Notes: a model not told the origin generated them from the letters alone. 64,000 nt of DNA from the human T2T-CHM13v2.0 reference genome, Homo sapiens (GCF_009914755.1 NC_060939.1), one strand, 5' to 3'; shown: positions 47,308 through 61,955, counted from the first letter of the stretch. A program made the numbers and translations.

Positions 47308-49479
47308 AACAGTTCTCCATTTCTTAGGGGAACAGAACACAGCTAGATCCTGGATTGTTTGGTCGGTCCATGGGTTTGAAGCTAGAGTAGAACAATCTAT
47401 GACCCACGTATGAAAGATGGTACATGCTGATCACAAATCCAACCCTGTTCTAGCCACTTTGGGGAACTAATACCTGCTTCACCTTTTCTTTCCTCTCTTC
47501 CCGTCCCTACCCTTTCATGAAACATATAGTGAAGAGTCAGTAGTCCTTCTTCGTAAGCCAGAGCTTCCTTCATGCCAAGGAACAGTGACATGACTTGTCA
47601 CTTTCAAGTTACGTCTCTTGGCTGAAGGGTGATCTTTTCTATTCATTCTGGCTTCGTGACAGCAAGTAAAAGTTTGTTTGCTTTTTTTAACCTACTGTGG
47701 TGTTCAAACCGTGACCTCATAAATAGCTGGGATCTCATTGAGATAACAAGGGCTCTGCAATTTTTCATCCAAAGTAAAATGTTAAATTTTCTCAGGACCT
47801 ATTTCTTTTATGTGTTTGAAATACTATGATTCAGTTGCTAAAAAATGTTTAAAGCTATTATACTTAAAGCAATAACTTCAAGACTATGAAAATAAATATT
47901 TTGAAACAAAGCAATTCGAGTAGAGGAAAAAAGTAAGGTAGATTCATATCTCTTAATATAGCTGTTCAATGAAATATGTAAGTACTTGGTCTTTCCCTGA
48001 CCAAACACCGGCCCCTGCTAATTGAGGCAATTCTGTGCGAAGCCCAGTCTTTTTCTGAGGTTGTCCTGGGAGTAGTCGTCATATCCAAGACTAAGATTTA
48101 AAATACCTGGTATATCATCATTGCTCCCCACCCCCAACATATACTTATTTTTAATTATTTTCAGTCACTGTTAGTTAAGGCCTGTCATTTGTTCCAGGAA
48201 CAAAAAAGGATGAGATATAAACTCTGAACTTGTGTTTATTCTGTTACATGAAATAGGAGGCATAGCAGACCATTGATATTTACAAGGTTTATCACTTAAG
48301 ACTATTGAAAATCCCCAAGTTTGCAGTTAGCACTATATAGGATGGGAAAGGTCTACTAAGCTTTGGGATGCCAGTGTTGGCTAAGCTCACTTACCAGCAA
48401 ACTGACTTGTGCATCCTCAGATCAGCCTAGTATGAATGATCCAGATTTATACTCAGCACATTTATGAATCAGTGTTTGTCATATATATTTATGATTATTC
48501 TCAGATAGAACTTTGTTTAATCTAGGAATGTTTTAGGATGAATAGAGATGCAGGGTGAAAATTTTGTGGTTGGACATTCATGCCTGTGGCACACCTTATC
48601 TTCCTGTGATTCTGTAGCTGATGATGTGGTTCTATAGGGCTCTTGTAAGTGGCTTCTCTTGTGGTTGAGATCTGGGAGGTGAAGAGTCATTTGAATGTGT
48701 CTTCTACATTACACATGAAGTTAGACTGGCACTTTTTAAAAAAAATTTGTTTCTGTCTACAGTTCTCTCAAGCTGATATCATCCTTTGCTTAAGGTATAT
48801 TACACTGCTATTTGTTTTTGCTGATAATATTGGTAGGGAAAGCTAATAAAATTTGAAATTAACTTACACTTCGAGCCCCATTTAGCTAAGATGGTAAATG
48901 GACTGGGAATATGAGGCAGACTGTTCCTTGTATAACGTTAAAAAGCCCACAGACTCTTCCAGCCTGTATGTAACAGCCTGTATGTAACAAATAGCTGTTT
49001 CCTAATGGATGAAGTTAAAATTATCTAGATTCTCATTTTCTGAGGACAACTAAAATATATAAAGATAAAAATACATTTAACCTCAAGTTTATAACATGTT
49101 CAGTTTTTTATTTGCATGTTGGTGGGTGCACTTGGAACTCTCTACATGCAGATAGATCATAAAACATTGTTTGGGAGGGACCTGCATACCTCTCTTATTA
49201 TTCAGATTCAGTGACTTATAAAGCAAGCCGGTGTTGGATCGAGATTGCAGTTAGAGATAATTTGGTCAAATCTGTTAATGTTGCAGATGCAGAGGGAGGA
49301 GTCCTACCCAGTGATTTGACCAAAGTTCCATATCTGGATGCAAAACTCTCCATTCATGCTTTTAAATTAGAGAACAGACTCCCATCCCTCTAGGGGCCAG
49401 GCAAGTATCAACAACAAGTGAATGAATGAAGCTGACCTGGTTGGTTTTGCAGCTAGGTGAAAGTACAGTTGTGTGTACC

Positions 49480-49716
49480 AACAAGGCAGTGGCCACTTCA
49501 TGCCAGCCATCCAGTGCCATGCAGGAATGTGGGCCTGGTGCTGCCAGGCCTTCTACTCTTTAGAAAGCAGCTCTAGATCTGATTTTTTTTTTAAGAAAAA
49601 ATAAAATATCCTGAGTTTTAAATGTTGTCAGTTTGTTTGAATTTTTAAAGCACTGTGTGGGCCAACATTTTCCTGGCCAAACAGAACAAGTCTGTGGGCT
49701 GAATTTGGCCTACAGC
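49480..49716. mobile_element. hAT-Charlie-type MITE fragment (MER102-like)
   Basis: aatgtgggcctggtgctgccag...cactgtgtgggccaa...tctgtgggctgaatttggcc. Confidence 0.5.
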
Positions 49717-49934
49717 CAGTGGATGCTGGTGCTCTTTCCAGCTTGTGAGAGCTGATGGTGAGCATCTTTTCCAGACTCTACAAACCGCGACCTCACATTG
49801 GTAGCTTAAAATTCATCCACAGTAGGAGTATTTACACCACAGAAATTGGCAAATGGTACAACCTGGGCTTGCCCCTTCTCCAGCCCTACCACCCCTCACT
49901 ACCAAAGGCAGTTGTTAAGCCTCACACACCACTG
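49717..49934 (+). mobile_element. MER63A-like hAT-Blackjack MITE
   Basis: TIRs CAGTGG...CCACTG; ggagtatttacaccacagaaattggcaaa. Confidence 0.8.
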
Positions 49935-51057
49935 CATTCTATCGCCAGTCTGAGACTTTTGTACCTTATGGCTCCAAGGGATGTCTTTCATAGATGTTTT
50001 TAAACCCCGTTTGTTCTGATTTTTGTAGCCTTTTTTCTGAAAGAGACTCACACTACTACCATGTGTAACTCGTTCATTCTTATAAGATTTTTGTCATTGT
50101 TGGGTTGTTGGGCTTTCTCCTTATGTTTCCCTTACTATAGTTAGCATGGGAGCTGGAATTATAGTCTTGGGCCTTAGGAGGAGTACCTAGTATATTGTAA
50201 GTATTATGGTACATTCATAATGGACATTTGATTGAACTTGCCTAAAGAATGCTGCTTGATTTTTTTTTTTAAAGCCATATATACATGTCTCATTTAGAAA
50301 AGTGAATCCTTTTTAAAATTGATTAATTAGCTAAGTTTAGGGACATTACAGTGATTCTTTCCTTTCTGTTGGAATTTAGAAATGCTCTAGTGGTACACCC
50401 GAGGGTTTATCATGTCAGAAATTATTTCTAGAAAAACTCAAGCTCAGATGTTACATTTTCATTTGGTAGTTATTCCAGTATAAAAACAGAGGGAAGATAC
50501 CTAATTGGTAAGTTTCTTCACTTTTTGGTGCCTTAGAGTCCTTATTTATAAAATGGAATTGTTATGAACTTGAAATAAGATAATACATATAAAATGATTA
50601 GCACGGTTCCTGATACTACACTGGTTGCTACTGCGGTTATATTATTGGAACCATTACTTAATCATGGTTGCTTGTTGCAGTGGTATTTATGGTTATGATA
50701 GTTAGACTCAGCATATTAGAACTGAAAATATTTTGCCTAAAACCACCCCCTTCCAAGTATTTTCTTGTCTACTTTTCTCAAATGCAACCACTCATATCTG
50801 GAAGCTGTTTTACTTTTTTGTCTCAACTTAGTAAGAAGGGGGTTATGCATTTATGAAAGATACTTGAGTGAGTACCAGGTTTAGAGTCAGGGTTTCTCTA
50901 TCAGGTAGTAGCTTGACTCCAGTAAATATGTAAGTTCAGGTGTAAGTCTTCCAGGGCAAGGAGATTTTATAGGATACCCTAGATCATCACATCAGTGTGA
51001 ACATTGATTTAGTGTTCAATATAGGTATTAATCAAATTTGAAGAATGAAAGTTTTTA

Positions 51058-51366
<309 letters not shown>

Positions 51367-52789
51367 GAATGAGAGTTTTTAAAATGATCTGAAACCATTC
51401 ATCATACTAACATACTGATTGTGAAAAGACCTTGTGGTAAACACAAAGAAGTTGCATAAACTCTTAAAAAGAATGGATTGATTATTCCTTAAGACTTTGG
51501 TTTTACTAATTACGATGTATTCTAGAATGGTGCCTTCAAAGATTTCTTTTAATTTATCTTATTTTTGCAGTTCTGCTAATCACATAATTGTAATAGTAAT
51601 GAATTGGGCAAGACAGTAATTTTTCTCCTTTAGTTTTCATTGTATCATAGAGCCTATCTTCCTCTAGGTTCTAGATCAAAGAGAGGGTTTCAGGTTTAGA
51701 CCTACTTCAGTTAAACTGCTTAGGCCAGATTTGAATAAAAGTATTAAAACAGGTGAGATGTTTTTGCATTAAAAAAAATACCATTCAAAAATTTGAGTGA
51801 CACTTTGAAAAAAAGTTGCCTATTCCCAAAGACTATGGAAGCAAAAGCATAATTATGCTATAGATTATATTTTAGGGACAATTATTTGCCATATAACTCT
51901 TCTGAAGCATGGAAACAAGACTTGGTTAGTTGTATTTCCTCTGTTAGAGGTGTGTAAGGAGTCTAGATTTGGTTCATAGTCATGAAAAATATTCATGTGA
52001 TAGCTTTTTGGACGATTGTATTCTGCACTGTATTACAATGGCACAATAAATTGCTGAATATACTGTCTGCTGAATATGACTTTACCATGAAAAATTTGAT
52101 GCATGGAGAAGGAAAGGTTGGAATATATCAACCTTTTCTGACAAGGGACTTTGAATTTTGACCTAATACAGATGACCTTTGTGCGCAATAAAAATGAGCT
52201 TAATCTTGAGGTTAAGGTTGAGGTGAATGGCAGGACAGTGTGGTGGAGCTTACACTGACTGGAGGTGTATTGGTGCCTATGTGGCTATTGGCTAAATGGG
52301 AGTCCGGCACTTAAAATTTTTTTTTTTTTAGCATTTCAAGAAGCTTATTTATAGCAAGTTGTTTGGCTCTTTAATACCACCCCATTTCCTCAAAGCTCAG
52401 CTTTCTGTTTAGTTGTGGTAAGTTCATCTGTTTTTATGAAGTTTACTGTTTCTGAGTAAAAGGTATGACTGTGCTTTTATTTATTTTCTGTTCCATAGAT
52501 AAGCTATAGAGAAAAAAATGTTCTTATGGCTTATGGAAAAGACAACTGACATATGTAACCTTGGAACTGAAAATAAATGTTCTTTTAAGAAGATTTTTTT
52601 CTTTGACAAGTTGAACTTTTGTCATCTAACTTTGGAACTGTCAGGAGAATTTTTAAGCAGTTTGTGCCTTTATCTAGATTATAATTAAGAGAATGTGTGG
52701 GAATTATTGTCTTGAAAGGCTTAGATGATTTACAGAATGGCTATTGCCTTGGAAGTTCCTTTGAAGTGCATTGGCTAATACACTTACAT

Positions 52790-52840
52790 TATAATATAAT
52801 ATAATATAATATAATATAATATAATATAATATAAAATAAT
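52790..52840. repeat. (ATAAT)n pentanucleotide microsatellite
   Basis: About 8-9 perfect ATAAT units. Confidence 0.95.
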
Positions 52841-55469
52841 ATGATGATATAATGTATTTTTAAGGTTTTGCCCACTGTACCTAGAAGGAAAATTGTTTTA
52901 AAACATGAATTTCTCTATCAAATATTTTATTTTCAAATACCTCCACTGATTTGTCATAAAAGAAATTACACCTTAGTGAACATCAGGAAAAAACCTGCTC
53001 ATGTTATAGTACCTGAACACCTATTGAATAGTCTGCCCTAATAATTGGTTGAAACAACAAATAGTTGAGGAGAGTGCCAGAGAGTCTAATGGAAAGAACT
53101 TCTACTCTTTTAATCGAGCCTGCAAAATATATTCCCTGGGACTGATCAGCTCTGAAGCACTGAGGTTTGATGATTGGAATGGCAGGAAACCATGCTTTCA
53201 GGACATAACGAATTGACGAGGCCATCCATCATTTGTTAGCATACGCTGAAAACGTGGGCTATGTGTGCAGAGGCCTGTGATTTAGTAAATACTTGGGAGA
53301 TGAATAGAGCTTACACACAAGGGAAGATATTGCTGTCCTTCAGCAGCCTGAGACCCAGGCGCCTGCTGAGAAGGCCATCTGACGGCATGTCATCAGTAAC
53401 TGGCCTGTCACAGTCAGCGGTGCCCACCGACCATTGCCAGTATATTAAATGCATTTTTAATATCTGCTTCAGTACATTTAATGAAGAAAATTTAGTTTCC
53501 ATACTCCGAGCACTGCTTCCTCAAGTATTCTAAAGAATGAACTCCTTGCCTACACAAAAAAGAGGGAAGACCATGCTGGCAGCTAGGAGAGTTGATTGAA
53601 AAGGAAACTCAAACAAAATAATTGCTAACAAAAAATATATTTAGTAGAGTCAGTATCTTGTTGATGTGAAAAAAAAAAGCTCATTTTTTTTTTTAAAGAA
53701 GTTTTGGATTAAATTTTTAGCCCCTAATTCCCTTTTCTCACAAGCCCTCTCCCTAGGAGGATTCGACCTGCTGGCAAAGGAATATAAACCTACTGCTCTG
53801 AAAGGAAATATTAGAGGGGGAATATTATGGTTTGGCATAATTTGCCAAATTTATGGATAGAAAGACTCCATTTTAAATTACTTTGTGTTTTGGTATACTA
53901 CTGTTGATTCTTAGGATTTTTGCATGAAGATATAAAGTGGAGTTTTTCTTAGTTACTTCCAAATTTTTGAATATTGAACTTTACTTGTAAACTTATTAAT
54001 TAAGGTAGTAATTTTTGCCTGGTATGCAGAACAGTTCAAAATGAATGTAAAAAAAATTAGTTGCCAACTTGATATAAAGTGCTCTTATGTATTTCTTATG
54101 CTGTAATGTTTCTTTAAAAATTATAATTTTTAAATGTTCTATTTTCAAATTCAGGCAAAGTGTGTAGATTCATTCTTTTAAATGAGTTTCAATGCTGACA
54201 TTATTTACTACAAAACAGCAAGACAACCAATTAGATGTAGTTGCAAACATGCACTATAAACCCCTCTTTAAAAAAAACAAAAAACAAAAAACAACAACAA
54301 CAAAAAAAACCCAGAATATGCTCTCATGTTCACAGAAGAAGAAGCTACAGAATGGGACCTATAAATCTGATTCCTGCATGTGTCAAAACAGTAATGTATT
54401 AAATGCATATTATTATAAAAATTTAAGACATGTCTTAAACACACTTACATTTTTATAACACGTGGCAATATTAAATAATACCTTTCCTTGTTAGCATCTG
54501 TTTGCCGTCATTGTTGGCAAGACCTATGATTTATTGCTTAAATTAATGACCAAGACCATTTTGGACCTGATATATGCCCCTAAGCTTATTACATCACTAA
54601 ATAAAATAAAATGTATGTGCCTATGACAGAGTTATTTTTATAATTGTTTATCCCTTTAAGTGCCCTATTCGGTGATTCACTGAAAGGTTCATAATGGTTG
54701 GCTTGTAACCAGAAAATAATCTCAGAAAGGTAAAATACATTGCTTGTTTGGAAATAAAATGCCAGAGTGATGGTGATGATAGGGGTCCCAGCAAGAATTT
54801 GCAATGCTCAAACTCTTTCTTTTCTCAATGCTCTCAGTGACCTCTTACTGAATTTTTTGATACACAACCTCTCTACCACCATCCCAACTCTTAAAGCTAT
54901 CTGTTAATGCTGGCACTCACTTTCATATAAACCCTGCATTATGGCTAAAGTGGTTTTTTGCTCAGACATAAAGCTGTAAGGGTTAAATTATTCTGTACTT
55001 AGGATTTTCCAGGTACCATTATCACCATGCATTAAACTGAGCAAGATTATTTTCCTATTTTTCGTTCTTTTCTTTTGGGAGATTGGAACTTTACTATTTT
55101 TTATATTGAACTGTATTTGACTTCATCGTCTTTATCTTTCCTTTCTGACGGTGCAGTATGATAGAACCTTCAGTATTTTTACAATAACCTGTTATTCATC
55201 TAAAGTCACTCTGCTGCCTGACTTGCAATACAATATTATATGGCTTTGTGGTTTCTTTGCTCCACATGAAGTATCTCATTGACTGTCAGTTCTCCTGTCA
55301 TCTGATGGTAAGGTCAAGTTTTTGAGAAGCTGATGCCTTGCTTCTGGATTGTAGTATCTACACCTTGAAACATATGGAGCTTCTTTGGGAACCTGAGAGT
55401 GTTTTTTGTGAGAAGATTATTATTTTGTAGATATTTGGGAACAATTCTCATTTATTTTATCACTCATAA

Positions 55470-55784
<315 letters not shown>

Positions 55785-56151
55785 TGACTTAGTTATTATT
55801 AGTTATTAGTTATTGTCTTCATTTCACTTTTACTACATTTTAAACAAAATAGTCCATTGGAAACAAAAGGTTTTTTGCTTAGTATTCTTTCCTAAGGCAG
55901 TTGATACAATAAAGTTTTTAATCGTTCTCCCAGACATGATCAGGCCAACATGCATTCATGTTTTTTTTTGAAAAGCCCTATTGACCTTGCCTTTTGAGGC
56001 TCTCAGCTCCTCTCCCATTGCTGATCTTTTTACCATCCTTTTCATTTCATTTTCCTTGTCCTGGAGACCTGCCCCCAGATAAAACATTTTAGGAGAAAAG
56101 TGATGAAAAAGAATCTGAAGTGTGAAGAATCTCAAGTGCCACGTCTAATCT

Positions 56152-56272
56152 ATTTCCCTCCCTTCCTCCCTTTCTATTTTCCTCTCTCCTTCCTTCTGTC
56201 CGTCCCTCCCTTTTCCACCCTCTCCTTTTCTGCCCTTCCTTTCCTCATCTGTCCATCCCCCATCTTTTTTTT
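56152..56272. repeat. Pyrimidine-rich low-complexity tract
   Basis: Degenerate (CCTT/CT)n. Confidence 0.8.
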
Positions 56273-59200
56273 TGGTCTCTTGAATATTAGCTTTAGTGAG
56301 TTTTTTTGTTTGTTTGTTTGTTTTTTTGTTTGTTTTGCTTTGGCCATGGTAGTTACTTTTACCTGTTCATTTGGAATGTATACATTTCTTTCTTTTGCTT
56401 TCTATTTGAATTAATTGTGAGATCCTTTGGATGGGAGCTGTGTGCTTTGCTGTAATTTGATCTTCCAGCTGTACGCTGTATTGCCTAGCATTGTAGTGTT
56501 CTTTTATGCATTCAGTGAATTCTTGCTAACTTTCTGATGTGGGCCCGTGCTTATTTTTATGATCTCTTTTGAGGAGACAGCGACTTTGAAGCATACTTGC
56601 TTTTTTTTTTTTTTTGGGAGGGGAGCAGTACTGTTCTAACTAGTACCCTGCAAAGGACTTACTATTCTTTCCTGAAATTGTTACTTAAGCTCCCACTCTC
56701 TGGGCCAAGATATTTAAGTCCTATTTAAAAATATTAAAATATTCAGTAGGCAGCTAAGTGCTTAGTCTACTGTTCTACTTAACACTAAATGAAAGTAAAA
56801 TATAACACAGACATGGAGCCATTTGTTATATTTTAGTATATGAAGCAATGGCTGTGTAAACCTTAACCTTGTAATTTTGTGAGTTCCACTTTATCATGTA
56901 GCTGTAAGGGTAATCAAAATAAATCACAGGAGGTGAATAAATATTTTCTAGTGCTTTCTCAGTGCTTTAAGAAGTGATGCTTGATCCATGAAATTTTAGT
57001 AAGTGTATTAAATAAAACAATATGATGTGCACTGTGTCAGATCTGATAAATTATTCGGTATAGGACATTTATACAACATATGTTGAGCTGCTACGTGAAC
57101 AGCTTAATGACTAAATTATGTTAATCTGTCTTGCCATCTTTATATTTTGTTAAAAATTGCACTATTTGTATTATAGATATTTATATATTTGTGGGTTGGG
57201 GCAGGGATAAGAAGAAGGCATAAGAAAGGTGCAGGTCAGCTCCACGATGTTCTGACAGTGATCCAGGGCTCCTCAGCTGTGCAGTGTACATAACACAGAT
57301 GTTGGGGAGTCATCTGTCAGCCATGCCTCTCCTATGGAGTTAAAGTTCTAGAGGGAAAAGAATTTGACACAGTGCTGTCACTGTTACATTTTCACAATAG
57401 AAGAGCATGCAAATATTGAACCTCCTGCTTAGCAATAGTGCCCTGTCTAATGTCTGTGCTGGTTAGAATAAAAAATCATGGGTGCATCTTGGGCTCAGAG
57501 ATCTGACAAAGGTCATGCTATGTTGGGCATTTGAATTGGAAATTGTCTGGACTTAGATTTTATAAAGCTCCCACTGTTGTGTGTGGGGAGAATTTCAGCA
57601 GGGTTTTGTCCCTGGAGAGGCCTCTTAGGCCCTTTTCTGTCCTATGAATGAATTTAGATGTGAGGGTTACTCCTGCCTTAAAACTGTTAAGTTCATTTTG
57701 CATACATCCCTAGAGAGAAAAACTGGCAGATGCTTTTGTCTTGGAAGTGTTTAAAAGAAAACTGCAGAGCAGGAACAAGGGAGAAAAGGGGCCCTGTGTG
57801 GAGTCCCAGAACATTTTGGAAATGGCCAATATGCAGTTTTCATCAGTATGAAGGCGGGGTGCAATATGGTGCCTGTAGTTCACGAGGGAATATGAATGTT
57901 GATTAAGCATACTCCCAGGCTTTGAAATTCTGAAAGCAGTGTCAGAATAATGGATGTTGAGCAAATGTCAAGCATTTGTTAATTTCTCTGTTATTTGGAG
58001 TTTATCTACCATGATCAATCAAATAAACTAGTGCTTCTCTCTTGTGGCATGTGTCATTGATATGGTGATTAGGTAGCTAGAGAGACCTTCTGCTTTTTTT
58101 CCAGGTAACAGATTATAAACGAGTAGACAGAGCTTTTCAGTTAAAGATTTGTTTATGGCTTGGTTTAGTAGAAATTTGTATATTAACTGAATACTTTGGT
58201 GGCAGTGTGAAAATCCGTGGCCACATGTCAAAGACATAAATTCTGGGACCATTTATACCAGGAGAACTAGTATTGGAGGCATGTTTTCCATCAAAGTATA
58301 GTTTTCAGTAGTTTATGAAACTTTGATGTAAAACTGGACAAAAGAAATGGATCCTAGATGAATGCTAACCTTAACATTTGTAGATAGACTTTTCAATCCA
58401 TTTTTATGTCATTTTTCCTATTTCAATGGTTAATTCTAAGTTAGTGATTGACTTTTATTCGTGAGTGAGAGTAAATTTGTTTCATGTGATTCAACATAAT
58501 TTCTATTATTTTTAGGAAGTAATGCTACAGTGTTTTGATGTCCCAAGTAGGGGTATCAAAAAAAAAAAAGTAAAAGGTTCCTTTCAGAGTTTACTTAACT
58601 GTGGATTATTGTGCAGTGCTAACATTCTGCAGTGTGAGGAGTTGGTTCCCTTTTAGAATGTGAATGACTTTACCAACTGGGATTTCATTAGGGGTTGAGA
58701 CTAGGTACGATGTGTAACTGTCCTACCCTTCAGCACGGGGTAACTTGGACTGAAAAGGGACCTTTATGTGAAATTTTAGTGGCTGGAATCAAGGTAGATT
58801 TGTGATTGGAGATTTGTCCTTTTTCTATACCCCATTTTCTTTTCGTAGTCTTAGGCTTGTAGCTTACATGATTCAGATGGAGACTAGTGTAATACTTACC
58901 ACCCTTGACCATGTCCAACAGGTACCTCTGTGGTCTTTGGCATGGATATTTTTGCAAAACGACCTACTGAGGTGATCTGTCACCTATTATTAAACCTCAT
59001 GAACTTGTTTTTTCAGGGGATTCACAACTGAGCAGCCACAGGGCATTGTAAAACCCCAGTGAACTAACTACTTGTGTGATTTCTGGAGCTCTTTGGTTTT
59101 CTCAGTCTGCCATGAGGTCACAAATATGGCAGTTTCCAAAGCAGAACATTTTTAGCTTCCTCTTCAAGCTAAGCTGCTTTATCTTAACTGTCTACATTAG

Positions 59201-60183
59201 ACCTTTGCTTTTGGCCTTCTCTGGGACTGGAATTCCTAACCGTATGAGTAAAATCCTCGTGTCCTGCCTGGCACACAGTGCTAGTGAGCTCTACCATTGT
59301 ACTGCCTCCAGCATCATAAAAATAGACAGCAGTGCTGATTGACTTTTCTGGGCTGCTCTCTGAAAATTCGTCATGAACCTGACACGATCATAGCATCACT
59401 GAATCATTAACTTGCACCATACACCAAAACACTCAGGGTTTTATCGATAGCAGCTCTCAATTTTTTTTTGTATTCATAGTGATAAAGCTACTATTATTCC
59501 TAATTGGGATTAGGAAGACATGAAAAATCTTGTTAGGGTGTTGAAAAATTATTATGTAACAGTAAGAGGGAAAGAGTTTGAATTTCACTTACTGTGAATT
59601 CTTAAGCGTATGTGCTCAGCGTGAACGCTTCCAGCCACTCCAGTGGAAGGGGCTGATGGTTTTGGTTGGTGGTGTGCCCTGTGCCTGCCAGGCTATCAGC
59701 GCCTGCATCTTGTCTTCTACTTAACTCTTCTAATGTCCTCCAATAACCAAACTTTTATTTTCCCTCACATGTATTGCAACTATAAATTAATGGCTCACAG
59801 TTTTAAAAGTGCTATAATGAATACTATTTCCTACTGCGGACACATTGTAATGATAGCAAAAACACTTTTGGGACTTCTCTTTTGGCAAGTATTTTTGGAG
59901 TGTGTGACACAGTGTCTTTGGTACTTTTGAGAATGGAGACAAAAGGCATTATTAAGTTTGAAAAATAAGGGGGCTGATGTTACTAGGTGACCATAAATTC
60001 TAGAGACATAATTATTTTGCCATGTGTTATAATTCAATAACAATAAATCCTTTATTGTATTTATCTGTGTTTCTAGACGTGGTGGCCACCCTGTATTTTG
60101 GTGAGATGTGAGATGTGACTGTGAAGTTGGTTTTCTTGTGTAACTGGTAAAGTGGTTCTAAAGTGATTCTTAAAGATAAGTTG

Positions 60184-60489
<306 letters not shown>

Positions 60490-61909
60490 GGTAAGTTGTG
60501 TTTTTGAGCCATGGCAGCATCATTGGTGCTAAATATACAAATCACACTCCTCTGGGATTATTACTTTGGCCAAAGATAATGTGAGTAAATTAGCTCCTTC
60601 TTTTAGCTGAAAAAGTTTATTTTGTTACTTTATCCTTGTACTTAGTAAGTGCAGACTCTCCTTCCTTAACTATTAGCCCTTATTTTATGCCCACCTTTTC
60701 TCTGTGCTCCCCAAATGTAGACTGACTACTCAGAAGCTAAAGACACATTCCCTTTAACTAACCTGTTTCCGTTACCCGTCTCTCTGGTGGTTGTTTATAA
60801 GGCAGGCTTCTTAGAGGAAGAAGAAAAGTAAAGGGTTAGATAATCTAACTAGGCAGTTAATCCTTGAAAACCAGAGTGGTAGCTCAATTTAGGATTTTCA
60901 GTTACATTTTAAAGCATTTCTTATTTGCTTAGAAAGGGAGACTATAGTAATTTTTGAATTTTATCCTATAGCTTACAAAGCATTTTCATAAAACTTTCTC
61001 CTTTTTCTGGTGGTAGTGATGGAGGGGGTTGGAGATACTTCTTTAGGCCTCTATTTGGGATAGGGTTTGAAATAGGATGAAACTTATTTGCTATTTATTT
61101 TTATTTTCTTCCTGTGTTTCTTTCTGTATCATATAAGCTCCTACTCTCCTATTATATCATTGAAACTCATGCTTTTTATCAGAATAAAGAGGTAAAATTC
61201 TTCCTTGTCTTTGGAAGGGACTTACACTTACTGTAGAGTTGGAGGAATCACTACAAAAGGCTGAGTAAAACAGAGAACCCTGAAAAAAGAGTTATTGTCC
61301 ATTTATTTAGCACAGTTTCTGTGGTAGGGAGGCAACATTAAACATTATTTTAAAAACTGCATTTGTGAGATATTAATAGATGCCTTGGTTTGCTGCAAAT
61401 TGGTTAAACTTTTTTTTTGGTAATATTTAAATCATAGAGATAGGACTTTTAGTAACTAAGTGTAGGTAAACACTATTTCATGATCAGTAATTATATATCT
61501 GGTTTTAAAGCTGTTTCAACAAAATGTTATTGGAAGACAGATTTTCTGCTACAGATGTTAAAACCTTCGGAATATGTGGGGCTGAAAGGACCAGTTCGGG
61601 TGTGATCTTAAAATTGGGCAGCTTGCCTTCTGCTTCAATGCTTGGTTCCACCCTGAAGAGGGGAGTTACACACCACTATGTGCACTTGACACATGCAAAT
61701 GCTAAATTCAGTAGCAGCATGAGGTCTCTGTCATTAACAGTAATTTATGTAATGAAAGCCACCTGGCTTTTTTTTTTTTATAATTAATTGCTTGTAAATA
61801 ATAAATTTAAGTGTAATTTATGGTTTTCTAAATTTGATTACCATGTAGACCCAACAGCAAACCCAAAAAAATTATCAATTCCATAATGTTCTTCTATGAC
61901 TTTTAAAAG

Positions 61910-61911
<2 letters not shown>

Positions 61912-61954
<43 letters not shown>
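61912..61954. repeat. (CA)n microsatellite, about 21 units
   Basis: Perfect AC repeat. Confidence 0.98.

Positions 61955-61955
<1 letters not shown>

Noticed and set aside
50355-50513. Possible exon 50380-50507 ending at TG|GTAAGT
   Set aside because: The donor lies at the edge of a MIR and the acceptor tract is interrupted. It is much weaker than the 52332-52417 candidate.
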